Assembly: GCF_964355755.1 (NCBI RefSeq) | Contig: NC_092675.1 | Span: 18,572,912-18,636,911 of the forward strand | Length of the DNA: 64,000 bases | Direction: 5' to 3' | Source of the DNA: Antedon mediterranea | Taxonomy: Eukaryota > Animalia > Echinodermata | Shown: piece by piece, positions 47,501 to 61,085 of the stretch | Numbering within the stretch: position 1 is the stretch's first letter | Layout: every line of letters starts with the position of its first letter | Program-made: the position numbers and the translations under genes | Notes under the pieces: model-generated | Told to the model about the DNA's origin: nothing | The model's database searches: none | What the model saw: only the letters and a program-made list of their open reading frames with translations

Positions 47501-48930
47501 AAGGATAGACAGACCGACAGTCATGAAAAAGTGGTAAATAAATTTAAAAAGTTCAGCGTTCATGTGAAAGATTTAATAACATTTGACAAACTATCGTGAA
47601 CATTTCCGTATGTTGTTAGTGATTCTTTATTTCTTCATTGTTGTAAGTTCCACAATCAACATATTGATTATTACGGAACTGGTTAAATGTTTTTACGTTA
47701 GTGCTTAATATTTATTACATATTAGTTGATTATTACGTTAGTGGGATAAAAGAAAGACATCACGGAAGGCAAACTTGACATCGCCCACTCAAATATGATA
47801 TTCAACAGATTTTGAACACGCGCGTTTAATAACTGGCAAAATAATAATTATTCATTATTAAAGACATACCGATGATCTTTGTGAAATTTATGAAATGAAA
47901 GAATTTACCCACATGTATTTTGCCTTCCATTACTATATCATCCATTCCGTACGATTGGGGCCATAATTAATTACTTAGAATCAGAAACAGTAAAAGAGAC
48001 ACGGTAATTTCAACACCAGAGCTCCTATCTATGTCACACAGTGTTATATCAACAGCAAACACGTTATATTTTTACTATGTTTGATATGGACATGCGAAGG
48101 ATTGATAATGAATGAGTCATGACTCTTCTACTATTTTACGAGGCGGTCCCAGCATTTCAACGAATGAAAATATTGTCCCCATTCAACGAATACAATATAC
48201 AACACATTCATTATTCTTTAATGTTGCGTTGCACAATTATTCTTCAAATGTTTACAAAAAGCTGAACAAATAAAGTAGAACCATTTTAAAAAGAAAAATA
48301 AGTGGAGTTATTGTCAATGATTTTGCCAAGGTTTATCTATTAAAATAAACAATAAAAACTTTATACCCGGAGCTAAATACCCTTTCAATTCAGTTTCCAT
48401 TTATAAATGCTGATATAATTCTTTGAAAACATATTGTACCAAATATCAAAATATCAAAATATCAAATATCAAATATTATTATTCCATAAATGAATAGGCC
48501 TGTGATACTACACTGTGTTATTGTATGGTATATTTGGCAAAAATTCATTTATAGGCCTAATATACAAATGAAATGGTCTTGAAAATATTAACAAATATAA
48601 CAACCACTTAACATTCGAGGAAAAACAATAAGAATAGCTAATATCAGCACGTCATTTTACTGTTTATTCCCGAGAAAACCACCATATTTTAGTATCTCAA
48701 ATTCCTGAAATGTAATTATTAAAACGGTTTTGTATTTACGCTAACATGTCACTATCACAGTTATGCTAAATTGAGCGATACTTGGACCAAAACCGATTGA
48801 AAAGGAATATGTTTGGCTTAAATCGGTCCCTTGGTTTAAGATGGCAAAAACCAACCATAACGATGTGTGTCGGGGGAAATACTATAACATTTAAGTTCAT
48901 GTGTACGTCATTAACATTATGCATATTTTA

Positions 48931-49050
48931 AACTCTGTCTAACTAGTTTGAAACAAAATGTGATGTGCCCAAATAGGATAGTGTTCATGCCCAATTATGA
49001 TGGGCACATCAGTTTGTTGTTGTCACATAAAGTTTGATAGTGTAGACAGC
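48931..49050. mobile_element. MITE family A copy
   Basis: CTCTGTCTAACTAGTTTG..GATGTGCCCAAAT..TTTGATAGTGTAGACAG. Confidence 0.75.
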
Positions 49051-49344
49051 AATCTGCAGTTATTTTACAAAAAGGTAACGTTGACAGAAGAAAATCAACT
49101 CTCATTCATATCTATCAGAAAAGACAAATAGCATATCGCATACAATGACATTATTAAATAAGACTCAACTCATAAAAAATATGATAATTCTTCTCATCAG
49201 AAAAATTCATGAAAAATGTGGTGGAGACATTAACGCTTTTCAATATTTTATCAAATTGTCCAGTGTCTACTGCTAATAATATAAACAGATACCGAATAAT
49301 AAAAACGTTTATTCCTCTTGTTGCTTAGTTTACGTCTTAGGTAA

Positions 49345-51707
49345 TAGTAGGCATGTTAAGGTGCATATTTTAGGCAAATCCTTCAAATTGTGATAACATT
49401 TTGAAACTTTGCACAGTTATTCATTAGGGTGTCAAAAATATGAAATGGAAGGGTTGCACAAAATTTGGTCAGGGGAAAGCCGCCATTTTGTATTTCAAAA
49501 TGGCGGACCTCAAATTTTTAATTGTCAGGTATATCTCTGCTAAAGAGGCACCTAGAGTTCTGATTTTAAATGCAAATTATATGGTAGTGGGGTCACCAAA
49601 CATATTGGTATAATTAACATTTGATTGCATGGCGGCCATGTTGGATTTTAAAATGGTGGACTACAAATTTTCAATTTTCAGGTATATCTCTGCTAAAAAG
49701 GCACATAGAATTCTGATTTTAGGTGCAAATTATAATTATGGTAATGGGGTCAACAAACATATTGGTATAACTAAAATTGTTATTGCATGGCGGCCATGTT
49801 GGATTTCAAAATGGTGGACCCCAAATTTTCACTTTTCAGATTTCAGATTTTTTAGATTTGATGACAACAAATCAGAGTTGTTTTCAATTATTGTAACTGA
49901 AGTAGTAGAGAACATTGGCACAAATCACGGAATGTTTGTAGGGTCTTTGGGAGACAGAGCTGTAACAAACCAGTAAATATACAATGGCTGATGCCATGTA
50001 ACATAGAAGAGGCAGATGAACGTATGTTTGTTCACGTTAAACTTCCCGCAGAAATTTTCCACGCATTGTCAAGACTGTACACAGTGATGTTGTTGTCAGC
50101 TTTCCACAAAATACCTGGCATCCACAAGCTTCGGATCGAGTTTGGAGTGGGGAAGCACAAAGCACAATACACGAGATTGCTTCTTCTCTTGGATCACAAG
50201 CATCAGCCGCTTACTTGTTCTTTCATACCATTAGCGGTTGTGATAGAACTTCATCTGTTTAAGGAAAAGGTAAAGCTACATTTAACGAGACTTTGAAAAA
50301 GATGCCATGCATGACTCCAGTTTTTGAGAGGATGTCATTGCCTGTAGGGCATGTTAGTGAAACAGACACAGATTATCTAGTAACAGTTTGTTGTAACTAT
50401 GTCTACTGCAGAACATTTAATGATGCAAGACGATATCTTTTTACAACAAGAGAAAGACTATTGAAAATATCCCCCAACATCTGCAACATGTGAAACGGAA
50501 GCCAGGAAGTGGTACGACTGTCTAGATGCATTCAGGGTTGAGCAGGACCCAGCGAACTGGAGATAGAGGAAGGACGGCAACCAATTTAGTCCAGCTTGGA
50601 GTTCATTGCCGGAACTTTCAGATGTCACAAAGGTTTTAATTCGCTGTGGACCCCCTGTGGACACACCGACTGTGTTCTTGGATGCTGTAAATGCAGAAAG
50701 AGTGATTTACCATGTACAGAGCTGTGTGGTTGCCAGGGAAATTGTGACCTACAATAAGTGTCCGTGTTAAATGCATGTAATTATGAACATAAACAAATAG
50801 TGTAAAGCCAGTACGGGTTGAGCTACATTCAAAATGGCCGCCATGCAATCAAAGACGTTATACTAATATGTTTGTTGACCTCAATACTATATTATACTTT
50901 GTACCTAAAATTATAACTGTAGGTACCGTACTGAAACATTTTGAGTTCGCCATTTTGAAATTCAAAATGGCCGCCATGCAATAAAATTGTCAGTTAAATA
51001 CCAATATGTTTGGTTACCCATTACCATATAATTGGCACCTAAAATCAGAACTCTGTGTACCTTTTTAGCAGAGATACCTGAAAAGTGAAAATTTAAGTCC
51101 GCCATTATGAAATTCAAAATGGCCGCCATGCAATCAAAATGTTAGTTATTATGTTTGGTGACCCCATTAACATATAATTTGCACCTAAAATCAGAACACT
51201 GGGTGCCTTTTTAGCAGAGATATACCTGAAAAATAAAAATTTGAAATCCGCCATTTTGAAATCCAACATGGCCGCCATGGAATCAAAATGTTAGTTATAC
51301 CAGTATGTTTGGTTACCCCACTACCATATAATTTGCACCTAAAATCAGAACTCTAGGTGCCTTTTTAGCAGAGATATACCTAAAAAGGGAAAATTTGAAG
51401 TCCGCCATTTCGAAATCCAAAATGGCCGCCATGCAATTAAAATGTTAGTTATACCAATATGTTTGGTGACCCCATTACCATATAATTTGCACCTAAATTC
51501 AGAACTCAAGGTGCCTATTTAGCAGAGATATACCTGAAAAGTGAACAATTTGGGTCCGCCATTTTGAAATCCAAAATGGCGGCTTTCCACTGACCAAATT
51601 TTGTGCAACCCTTCCATTTCATATTTTTGACACCCTAATGAATAACTGTGCAAAGTCTCAGAATGTTATCACAATTTGAAGGATTGGGTCACTTAACAGG
51701 CCTACTA
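49345..51707 (+). mobile_element. Academ-type DNA transposon, internally deleted, with a decayed transposase C-terminus
   Basis: TAA|TAGTAGGCATGTTAAG ... CTTAACAGGCCTACTA|TAA (TAG..CTA ends, 3-bp TSD), long TIRs and ~120-bp subterminal repeats with AAAATGGCCGCC. Frameshifted remnants EEADERMFVHV, SGCDRTSS, ARRYLF and a Cys-rich end lie at 49850-50750. Confidence 0.82.
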
Positions 51708-54700
51708 TAATACATAGCAGTATATAACTCGGGATCTAATATCTAAAGTAACTGAACACAGCTATTTAATTAGCCAATTATCGATATTGTATTTATATTG
51801 TACAGCAGGCACATTCAGAATAATGACTTTTACATCGTACGCCGTAAGTCTCTAACCTTATTACCATAATCCAAGGAGCCACATGTGATACACGTGTCAA
51901 TGTATTACAGAATTTGCATATGATAGGCCTACTGGACACAGTATTTATGTGCGATACACTTACAGAGAACTTTAAGTAAATATCTATTTCAGAATCTCTG
52001 ATGATGCGTTTTTGCGTTCATTTTGATGTTTTCAAGCAGGTTGAATTAAGTATTATGTAAATAAATTATAAAATATATCATTAATCATCAATTCCATTCA
52101 ATAGTGTCAGGGCAATGTTCATAATGTGTATTATGCCTTGTCCATGGTCATTGTGAAATTCAATAGTTAAGTCATATTTTATATTATTCATTCAATTAAA
52201 ACGTGGCCCGTTTATGTGATAAAAAGTTACTTTGAAATGTGTAATCGCGATACGAAACGATAACAATTTATTGTCGCACGGCAAGCACAGCATGAGCAAG
52301 TTAGGAAAAAGAATATTAAATAATATTAAATAATATCAGGCAATTTTACATTAATTCAATGGCTAAAAGAACATTAATTTGTTTTACAGTAAATAAATCT
52401 CACAAAGCAAACACAGTTAATTATATAATACATTAATACCAATAGTAAACCAATAAATTGAATAGGCTAATTAGGTCTATATCATAATAATATCTTGGAT
52501 GACGATACTGGTACAAACAAACAAAATGGTTTCGTGTATTTCAGTTCAATGGTGAACACCGTTCATTTATATGCAGTATATCTGTAGTATTCATTAAAGG
52601 AAATCACTGTTTCAATCATTTATAATTGAACTCCAACAATCACAACTCAAAAAGCGAGAAACCGTTTTGAGAGGGACTATCGAATATAGCTGCACATAGA
52701 TCATCTACCGGCTGCCAATCAAATACGCCAGTTTTGAATTTCGCTTATTCTAGGCCTTGTATTCTGATTTATGTGGTTTTCATAATATTTTCAATTATTG
52801 GTTTGCATAACTTATAATTATTTAGCCATTTTGAAAAGGTCGTTACCCCTGCCTGTTTGCGTCAATTCACTTTCTGTGTATATAACACCTGTATGATCCA
52901 TGGTCAGAGCTCAATGTTCGATTTGTTCTAACAGATTCGCAGAGTAAAAAAACAAGCGTTAAAGTCAATAGCATTGTGTCACATGTATAGTATATATATA
53001 TGCAAATTAAACATTATCTAAGTGAAATCATAATCGATCTTATCAAATTAAAATAATGAATTAAGGATGATAACTAACATAATTAATACAAGGACAATAT
53101 ATGACATTATAGAATACGAGACGTAACCCTAGTGACGGTCTTACTGACACCCATCAGTGTTAACATGTAAATTGATAACAATCTTCTTACAGTACGGTAC
53201 CTAATTACAATGATTAAGATAACAGTAGGTCTATACGTGTGTATTATCTTAATATTAACATGCCTAATAATTCTTTCCGGATGTATGGGGTAGAGAAGAA
53301 ATGGACTCTGTACACCCTTGATCACAGCATGGAGGTATAGATCACAGTATCAAGAATGATGACATTAAACACCGTGCAGTATATCGCGTCTTCTGACACA
53401 GAAACATTCATACCTTTGGATACTGTTTCTCCTGATACTGTCCGTAGATCTTGATTCGAACCCTTTCATAGATCTCGAGAGATTAGGGTTATGTTAAGTT
53501 AATAATTTAGGAGTAAAGGGCTATGGTATGGGTCTGTTGCTAAAGACATGGTACTGCAGGATGTACATTGACACGTACAGTACGAGAATCGGCTAATGTA
53601 AGCATAATAGTGCAGAAATCATATAGACTAGAATCAGTTCATCAAATAGAAGAATGCCCTGCAAACCATTAGGAGAACGAGCCCTATTTAGCGTGAGCTT
53701 TTGCCTCTGGCATCTTACTTGTTTATTTTTGCCTAAAGCCAGTCATTAATGTCTTAGTCAATTAATAAATCACGTAACACCTTGTTCATCTTCCAGGCTC
53801 AGCCTTCCTTGCTTCTGATTGGCTGCAATGCACAGCCTATTTTGGAATTGGTCACTCATTGTATTTAGAAACCACCATTATATCATGGGTAAATTTTTTG
53901 CACACAAAATTAAAGAATGCAAGTGGCCTTGTGGTTAGCAATGTCAGTTCTAATCTAACAGCAGGGAACCAAAGAATGAACTGTAGAGATGAGTTTAAAT
54001 TAAAAATTTGTGTTTTTTGTGCACCCAGACTAAAATCGCTGGAAAAGCAAAAACTTTTGTTTTGAAATTAAAACTATATTTATAAACTATTTCATGTTCT
54101 TCAGCTGAGATCTCAAAATGATCTCTATGGATTTGCCACCCCTCTAATGTTAAATATATAGGCCTATAATAAATAGTACAGTAATACTATTTCAAATTTT
54201 AAGCAAACAATTAAATACTGTATTTTATAATCATATTTTATATAATAGTTACTTTATGTCTCAATTATAAACCCCTTTTCTTGAGTATACCCCAATTGTA
54301 TGCACATTTATGGAGGAAATAATTATATATTTATGTTTTTCTCAATACATAATAGTTCAGTTTTTATTACACATTAATGTGACATTTGTTTGTCTAAGTT
54401 GTGTGAAGTAATGATACCAAAAATGTTAACTCTTAATTTGTAACTCCTGAATTGTAATCAATAGATTAGGTCTAAGTAAATATTAAAAAATTGTTGTTAA
54501 TGTTACAGATGGAACATTTTTGTTATAGGCCAGGATATCATTATTTTAACGATTAACTAAAAAATCAGATACTGTAATTAATACACTGAATAAAATCTGT
54601 ATGTGCATGTTATATATTTATTTTAATTTGAAAATTAACAATTGCCATGTAAACATATATTATGGGCCTAATTTGAATTAAATTTTATAGAGTTATATTC

Positions 54701-54721
54701 TTAAAAAATTCCTGTCCGTTA

Positions 54722-55470
54722 AAAAACAAGGCCAACAGCCATTAATTAAGTCGCGTTCTACAATGCATAGTGATACCGGACCGACCGACAGACCGACCGA
54801 CATAGTGAACTATACTGATCGAAATTACTGAACATGTGCAAAAATGTTGAAATGTTTAAAAACATTTATATTTTTTTAATTTACACGTGCGTAGCCTGTC
54901 ACTTTTGACGTGCTCATATAACGTAATTTCTAGTTGAAAAGTAAGTCAAGAAAACAGAAATCGGGCAAAAAGAGTGCGCAACAAAATTTAACGCGCAGTG
55001 CGCGTGCAAAAATCTGCGCACTCATGGCAATTTTGTAAACGCTTAAAATTGCCAGAAACGTACTCTTATTTCATCGAAAATAAATTTTGAACATTTTAAG
55101 CGCGCGTACACATGCGTTAAATGCGCTACGCACGTAATTGTATTGCCATATGATGATTTATGCCCTGAAATTTATGAGTACCAAATTTTATTTAATTGTG
55201 ATTCATGGTTGTGAAGATATGATTACAAACGTGATTTCGTTAAATCGTGCGTATACCGCGTAATTTTTTATTGCGCACCATGAAAACATAACCACATCGA
55301 TTCCTGGCCATAAGGAATATACTGTGAAAAATTGACTTAGCTAGATTAAACTGATATCAAGATTAGGTCAGAAAGCGATAACATGCATAGTGATACCGGA
55401 CCGACAGACAGACAGACCGACAGACCGACCGACATAGTGAACTATAGAGTCGCGTCCACGCGACTAAAAA
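54722..55470 (-). mobile_element. Helentron-associated / DINE-1-like non-autonomous element
   Basis: Minus strand starts TTTTT AGTCGCGT-GG-ACGCGACT (hairpin), followed by a (GTCG/GTCT)n microsatellite, a distal subTIR ACGCGACT, a small GGC..GCC stem-loop and a T-run. Confidence 0.7.
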
Positions 55471-55619
55471 TGTGAACCTGCATAATGCGATAAAGTATTG
55501 TTGGCACATATATTAAATCCCGTCACAGTATAACTTGTATCCTTTAACTTTTGGAATGAGTTGGTGCATGGTAAGATATAGGAATATGGATTATGAAGGG
55601 GATGAAAAAATGTGAAAAA

Positions 55620-56335
55620 GATAGCACAATTTCTCAAATAGGTAGCACAATTTCTCGAATGGTTAGCACAATTTCTCAAAGAGGTAGCACAATTTCCCGA
55701 ATGGTTAGCACAATTTCTCAAAGAGGTAGCACAATTTCCCAGATGGTTAGCACAATTTCTCAAAGAGGTAGCACAATTTCCCGAATGGTTAGCACAATTT
55801 CTCAAAGAGGTAGCACAATTTCCCGAATGGTTAGCACAATTTCTCAAAGAGGTAGCACAATTTCCCAAATGGTTAGCACAATTTCTCAAAGAGGTAGCAC
55901 ATTTTCCCGAATGGTTAGCACAATTTCTCAAAGAGGTAGCACAAAATCTCCCGAATGGATTGCATAATTTCTCAAAGAGGTAGCACAATTTCCCGAATGG
56001 TTAGCACAATTTCTCAAAGAGGTAGCACAATTTCCCGAATGGTTAGCACAATTTCTCAAAGAGGTAGCACAATTTCTCGAGTGGTTAGCACAATTTCTCA
56101 AAGAGGTAGCACAATTTCCCGAATGGTTAGCACAATTTCTCAAAGAGGTAGCACAATTTCCCGAATGGGTAGCACAATTTCTCAAAGAGGTAGCACAATT
56201 TCCCGAATGGTTAGCACAATTATTTCTCAAAAAGGTAGCACAATTTCCTGAATGTTGCATATTGCACAATTTCTCAAAGAGGAGCACAATTTTTTTAATG
56301 GATTGCACACTTTCTCAAATGTAGGTTTAGCACAA
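55620..56335. repeat. 42-bp (2 x 21) tandem array, ~17 units
   Basis: TAGCACAATTTCTCAAAGAGG-TAGCACAATTTCCCGAATGGT repeated. Confidence 0.97.
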
Positions 56336-56339
56336 TATT

Positions 56340-56709
56340 TCGTGATTGTATGACCACAATTGTACTGGGAAGGTTTTAAACTATATTTTAAAAAATCACA
56401 GTGTGCAGAGGTTAGAGGGGTTGGAGGCTTAGTGATTTGCTGGGGTTAGTATCAATGACCACATGAGTAATGTGAACTGGGGGTATGTTTTAACTGCATT
56501 TGAAAACCGTCATAGAGCCGGGGTTTTTGCAATAGAATTTGTACCAGGAAGTTTAACATTATAAGTTAAAAAATCCCCGAGTGCGGGTGTGTGTTGGGGA
56601 GGTGGGTGCATTTTAGGGCATCTGGATAATGAGTTATCAAATGATCGGGAATGTACTGTGAAGTTTTAAAACTACATAGGAAACCCGCCCGGGCGTGTAT
56701 AATTGCTAG
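56340..56709 (+). mobile_element. Helitron-like 3' terminus (5' end not located)
   Basis: GC-rich palindrome ACCCGCCCGGGCGTGT at 56683-56698, followed shortly by CTAG|T. Confidence 0.6.
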
Positions 56710-59700
56710 TCATCAATGTTGTAAAATACTAGAATGCTAAAGTGAACATAATGTATGTAGGCCTATGTGCAGTTTTCTTAGAATAACATAAACAACTAAA
56801 ATGAGGCATAATCCCTCTATTATAATATCGTATAACATCAACTTGTTATTACACAATAAAAAAGATTGTTATTTATATGGGTTTCGTTTATGTTTATTAA
56901 CATTCATTCAATTACATTTTTTTAAATAAAAAGATTTATTTTTTAGATTGTTTAGTATTATTAATTAATTCATATATCTGTTCCTATATACTAATATAGC
57001 GCAAACACTTTTTGGGAAGCGTATGGGTACCACCCCTACGGCTACATTATTTTATTTGAATTTCCCGCTCATATTCTCAAAAATTGTAGGCCTACCTATA
57101 CCAGGGAGTTGTTATTAATAACAACTCCCTGCCTATACCTCAGCCCGAGTCTGATGTGATGGTGTACCTCTTGACATCCCTACCAAATCCCATCGCACCA
57201 TCCCAGTTTATTTCAGAATCAATTTGTAGTAGGCTATGTATTTCATTGGTAAATTAATAAAATTTAAATTATTCAATTGTAATTGGTTGATCGCTTGACT
57301 ACTCAATCTAAGGTTGAACTTTGTAGCTCCCCATACAATGTTGTTAAAATGTACAAAATCGAAAAGGAAACATGGAAATAAAGGCTTACTTAAATAATTA
57401 TAAGGCGTGAAAAGGCTATTATATAAATATTCATTTATTTCATGAAATAAAACTATTAACTAATCATTAAAACATGCTGTAACTGAAACCTGATGCTGTC
57501 GGTGATTGGCTGTTGGCAAACAAAGTGGGCTTGGCCTCTTTTAGTACCCAGATACTTTCCTGCATGATTGATGGCCACTGTTCTGTTAATTACCCATCAA
57601 CAAGACTGATCAGGGTCAAAACAATTACAGGCAATTATAGTACCCCGGGTTAGCCGGGGTACTAAAAGCTCACGTTAAATAGGGCTCGTTTTCCTAATGC
57701 CATGTGCTATTCTGAATAAGAGATATTTGTATGTCTATATTTTCTACAATTAAATTGCATTCTCGTTACAATAAATGCTATTTTTATACTAGTATCATCC
57801 ATCAGTGTGAAATATACGGTTAAAAAGATTTATAAACTGAAATCGCATCTTTTTTTCTAAAATGCAATTTTCTTATTATCCCCTGAGAGCAACTACTTCA
57901 CTAAGATGAGAGCGAGTGCGCATAATCTACATACAACAAAATCTATTTCTGAAAATTAACTTAAAAGGTTATCGTCTATTATTTATATAACACACGTTAA
58001 CTATACAGAACATTATATTAACCTATATACGTGCCCGCATCCAGTATGCACTTGGAGACAATTAAAAGTGTATATAAATTCATTTGAAAAGATTATATTA
58101 CCAATTATTTTTACAAGTATTGATAATAATATTAAACTTAGTCGGTAGACATCTTAAGACATTGGCTGGTGAAATAAGGTATTAAATACAATAATATATA
58201 AAGTAAAATCAGAGGTAGGATAAGTGAGTTGATTAATCACAAGCCACAGTTTGAATAATCCATTCGGTCATGATTGGTTAAATTGCGTTGCGTCAGAGTG
58301 GAAACCAAGCTTGATAATATTTCATTCAAAAAAGTAAAAAATTCATAAAAATAAATTACAAATACTAATATAATAAGTTTCAGCCGAATCTCGTACGTTT
58401 ATTATCAATCTGAAACCTTGGCAAAATGTACAGTTTTTCTAAAATATAATATTCAAACTTTGAGACAAAATTATAATAATTTATTTATTTCCTCCAAAAA
58501 CTTACAATAAATAAACAAGATAGCAAGATGAGGGCAGACAAGTTCTTATTACCTTCAATTAAAACAATACTAATAGCCTATTTGTACAATCACATTAGTA
58601 ACATCTAAAAAGCTAAATCATAATGATATTATTGTGGGGTGATTTGCTTTTGGTTTACAGAACAATGAACTTGGTAATAACGCAAGCATACTTCGTATCT
58701 AGTACTTAGTAGAAGATAAATGAATAGGTTCATAGTTGCAGAATCGTGTTTGAACGATCGAAGTATAATACAGCCGTAGTCCAATAAAACGACTTTACAA
58801 CCATGATAATAAAAAATGAGACTAAGCGTACTACATTTGTCGTGTCTACGACTACAAATTTGGTCGTTGTTCGACGATTTGCAATCTTGTTGAAACACGT
58901 GTATCCAAAAAAACTTTAATATTTCATTGTAGTACTTAAGCACAAGTAGGATAAGTCATATTGTTATTCTAAACAAAACATTATTTATTAAATTGCTCTA
59001 ATTTTCGAAATAGATTATTGAAAATGTCACTCGATTCTCGTACAGTAGGTCTATTATGTCTAGAGACAGCAAACGTTGCATGCTTTCTGTAATCAGACCA
59101 CAAACTTGTTCGTACTACACCATCATCATACAATGCCACTAAAATACGTTATGCCAACGAGAATCACCCGTGAGTGTTTAGGCTTATTGAATAATACTGC
59201 TAAAATCTGACTACTATAGCATCATGCATTAAAAAAATATATAATACGACTTGCTTATATGATAATTGTTTTCCTCAAAGACGAATCATGATCAACAAAA
59301 TGTCAACAAATAAAAAAATAAACTTATAATATCCTTTTAGACCGATGCTGTTGCAACGTTGTTTATATTATTATGTTTAACATTTCTATAATAGTGGATA
59401 TAAATTCTTTAACCTGTTCAAATATTACTAGCAGGTGTTTTGATCGTCATTTTATCTGTCATCTAAACAACCAATTGTTGTACTTCAGGAATATAAATGT
59501 TTTGTATTGACTGCCCTAATCGATAGTCGGAAATAGAAAATGAAAACCATCTAAGAAACGATCTGCTCTTATAATATACTTCTTCGCTGGAGAAGCTAGA
59601 ATATTTGTTTTCAATCCGTATTGGACAGAGCATTTTATTGTATATAATACTCGATTGGAATTGATTGAAGACAAATTGACGGAGGTGTTTCACAAAAAGG

Positions 59701-60254
59701 AAATGTACATTTGAGGATTAATAGTGTACTGTAGTATATTAATCCTATAAGTATCGGAACATCGCGTCAAATTGAAGTGTTTGTTGCAGACGCGAAGTAA
59801 ATTAAATTAAATAGACTTAGCTCAACGTAACACTGTGTGCAAAACTTTGTAATTACGCCCACAGTAGTGAATAAACGGAAATATAATCCAGAAAATGGAA
59901 ATTAAAATTGATAAAAATATACTGTATTACAGTCTAAGAACTACTAGAGATGACATTCTTCTGCAATTTCTGTCTGCCAAATGATGCAAATGCGCAGAAT
60001 CCTCTATAAACGGCAACATTACTGTCAGATAACATATGGGAAATTATGATCAAAGCTGAGCCTGTAGAAAATATTTGGCAGGTGATTTATATTTCCAGGG
60101 AAGACTCTTCCCTGGTATTTCTTATTAGAAAGTTGCCTATGATAGACAATGTCAGGTGCAGATACAGTACAAAGAATCGGGTGGGTTATGTTTATAATTC
60201 CTTAAAAAACATTTTTGTTTTCTTTCATTATAATCATTAATACCATAAACATTC

Positions 60255-60428
60255 TAACGCTCTGTCGACACTGTCAAATTTTATGTGACAAAAATAAAGG
60301 GTGATGTTCCCAATTATGGTAGTGATATGTCCAAATATGGTAATGATATGACATCATCATGTCCATATATGGGCACATCACATTTTTTGTCACATAGTTG
60401 TGTGTAGTGTAGTGTAGGCATAACTTTA
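60255..60428. mobile_element. MITE family A copy
   Basis: GCTCTGTCGACACTGTCAAA..CCAAATATGGTAATGATATGACATCATCATGTCCATATATGGGCACATCAC. Confidence 0.78.
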
Positions 60429-61042
60429 GTAACAGCATCGTCAAGACCACTTTATCATCATCATTTAATTAATGTAACAGCAAGACAGAAAGCAAAATGT
60501 TATACATTGATTTACTCAAAGATGAAATACAAACAAACCGATATCACAATTTTATTTAGTATAATTTAAAACCAAGAAAGCGTGTTATTTAGTAATTAAT
60601 TTTATGCTTCGTATGGTTGACACATTCTTCAAGATGAGTAAAATTCTAGGCAACCCCGCGAGGTTTAATACGTTATATCACAATACATAAACAGCTTAAT
60701 GTTATACTATCAGTAAGCTAACATTTTTTTTCTTCAATTTAATCATTTTCATTGCAACATGTGAAAACATTTTAAGTTCATCCTCAATTTCAACATAAAA
60801 ATAACAATTCAGAATATTAAAAAACCCCGATATATTTGCAGATCAGTAAGGTGTATTCGAAAGAGAATAACATTATTATTTTAAATGAAAGTATATATAT
60901 ATATATATATATATATAAATCCAAAGGCAAATAACTGAAAAAAAATGACAATACTGTGGGTATCAGTAGCGGGATCTCAATGGAGAAACAAAAAACAAGC
61001 GAAAATCTAAATCAAAACGATAAAGTAAAATAGCCAGAAAAG

Positions 61043-61085
61043 TTAGCAGAGCTTTCGGGCAACACTAGCCCTTCATCAATGCAAA
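61043..61085 (-). ncRNA. Minimal type I hammerhead ribozyme-like motif (Penelope-like element remnant)
   Basis: TTTGCA-TTGATGA-A-GGGC TAGTGTT GCCC-GAAA-GC-TC-TGCTAA. The core has U in place of C3, and (TA)n lies at 60892-60917. Confidence 0.55.

Larger units (their letters stand above)
53667..57699. mobile_element. 4-kb non-autonomous TIR element containing nested insertions
   Basis: 36-bp TIR CATTAGGAGAACGAGCCCTATTTAGCGTGAGCTTTT, inverted at 57664-57699 with 2 mismatches. No TSD is recognisable. Confidence 0.7.

Noticed and set aside
55464-56308. Repetitive ORFs (CATSLRNCANHSGN)n and (STISQRGSTISRMV)n
   Set aside because: They are translations of a 42-bp tandem array that is open on both strands, with no signal peptide or splice context and a frame break mid-array
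55620-56335. CRISPR-like look of TAGCACAATTTC repeats
   Set aside because: The intervening sequences are just two alternating 9-mers rather than unique spacers, there are no cas genes and the context is eukaryotic
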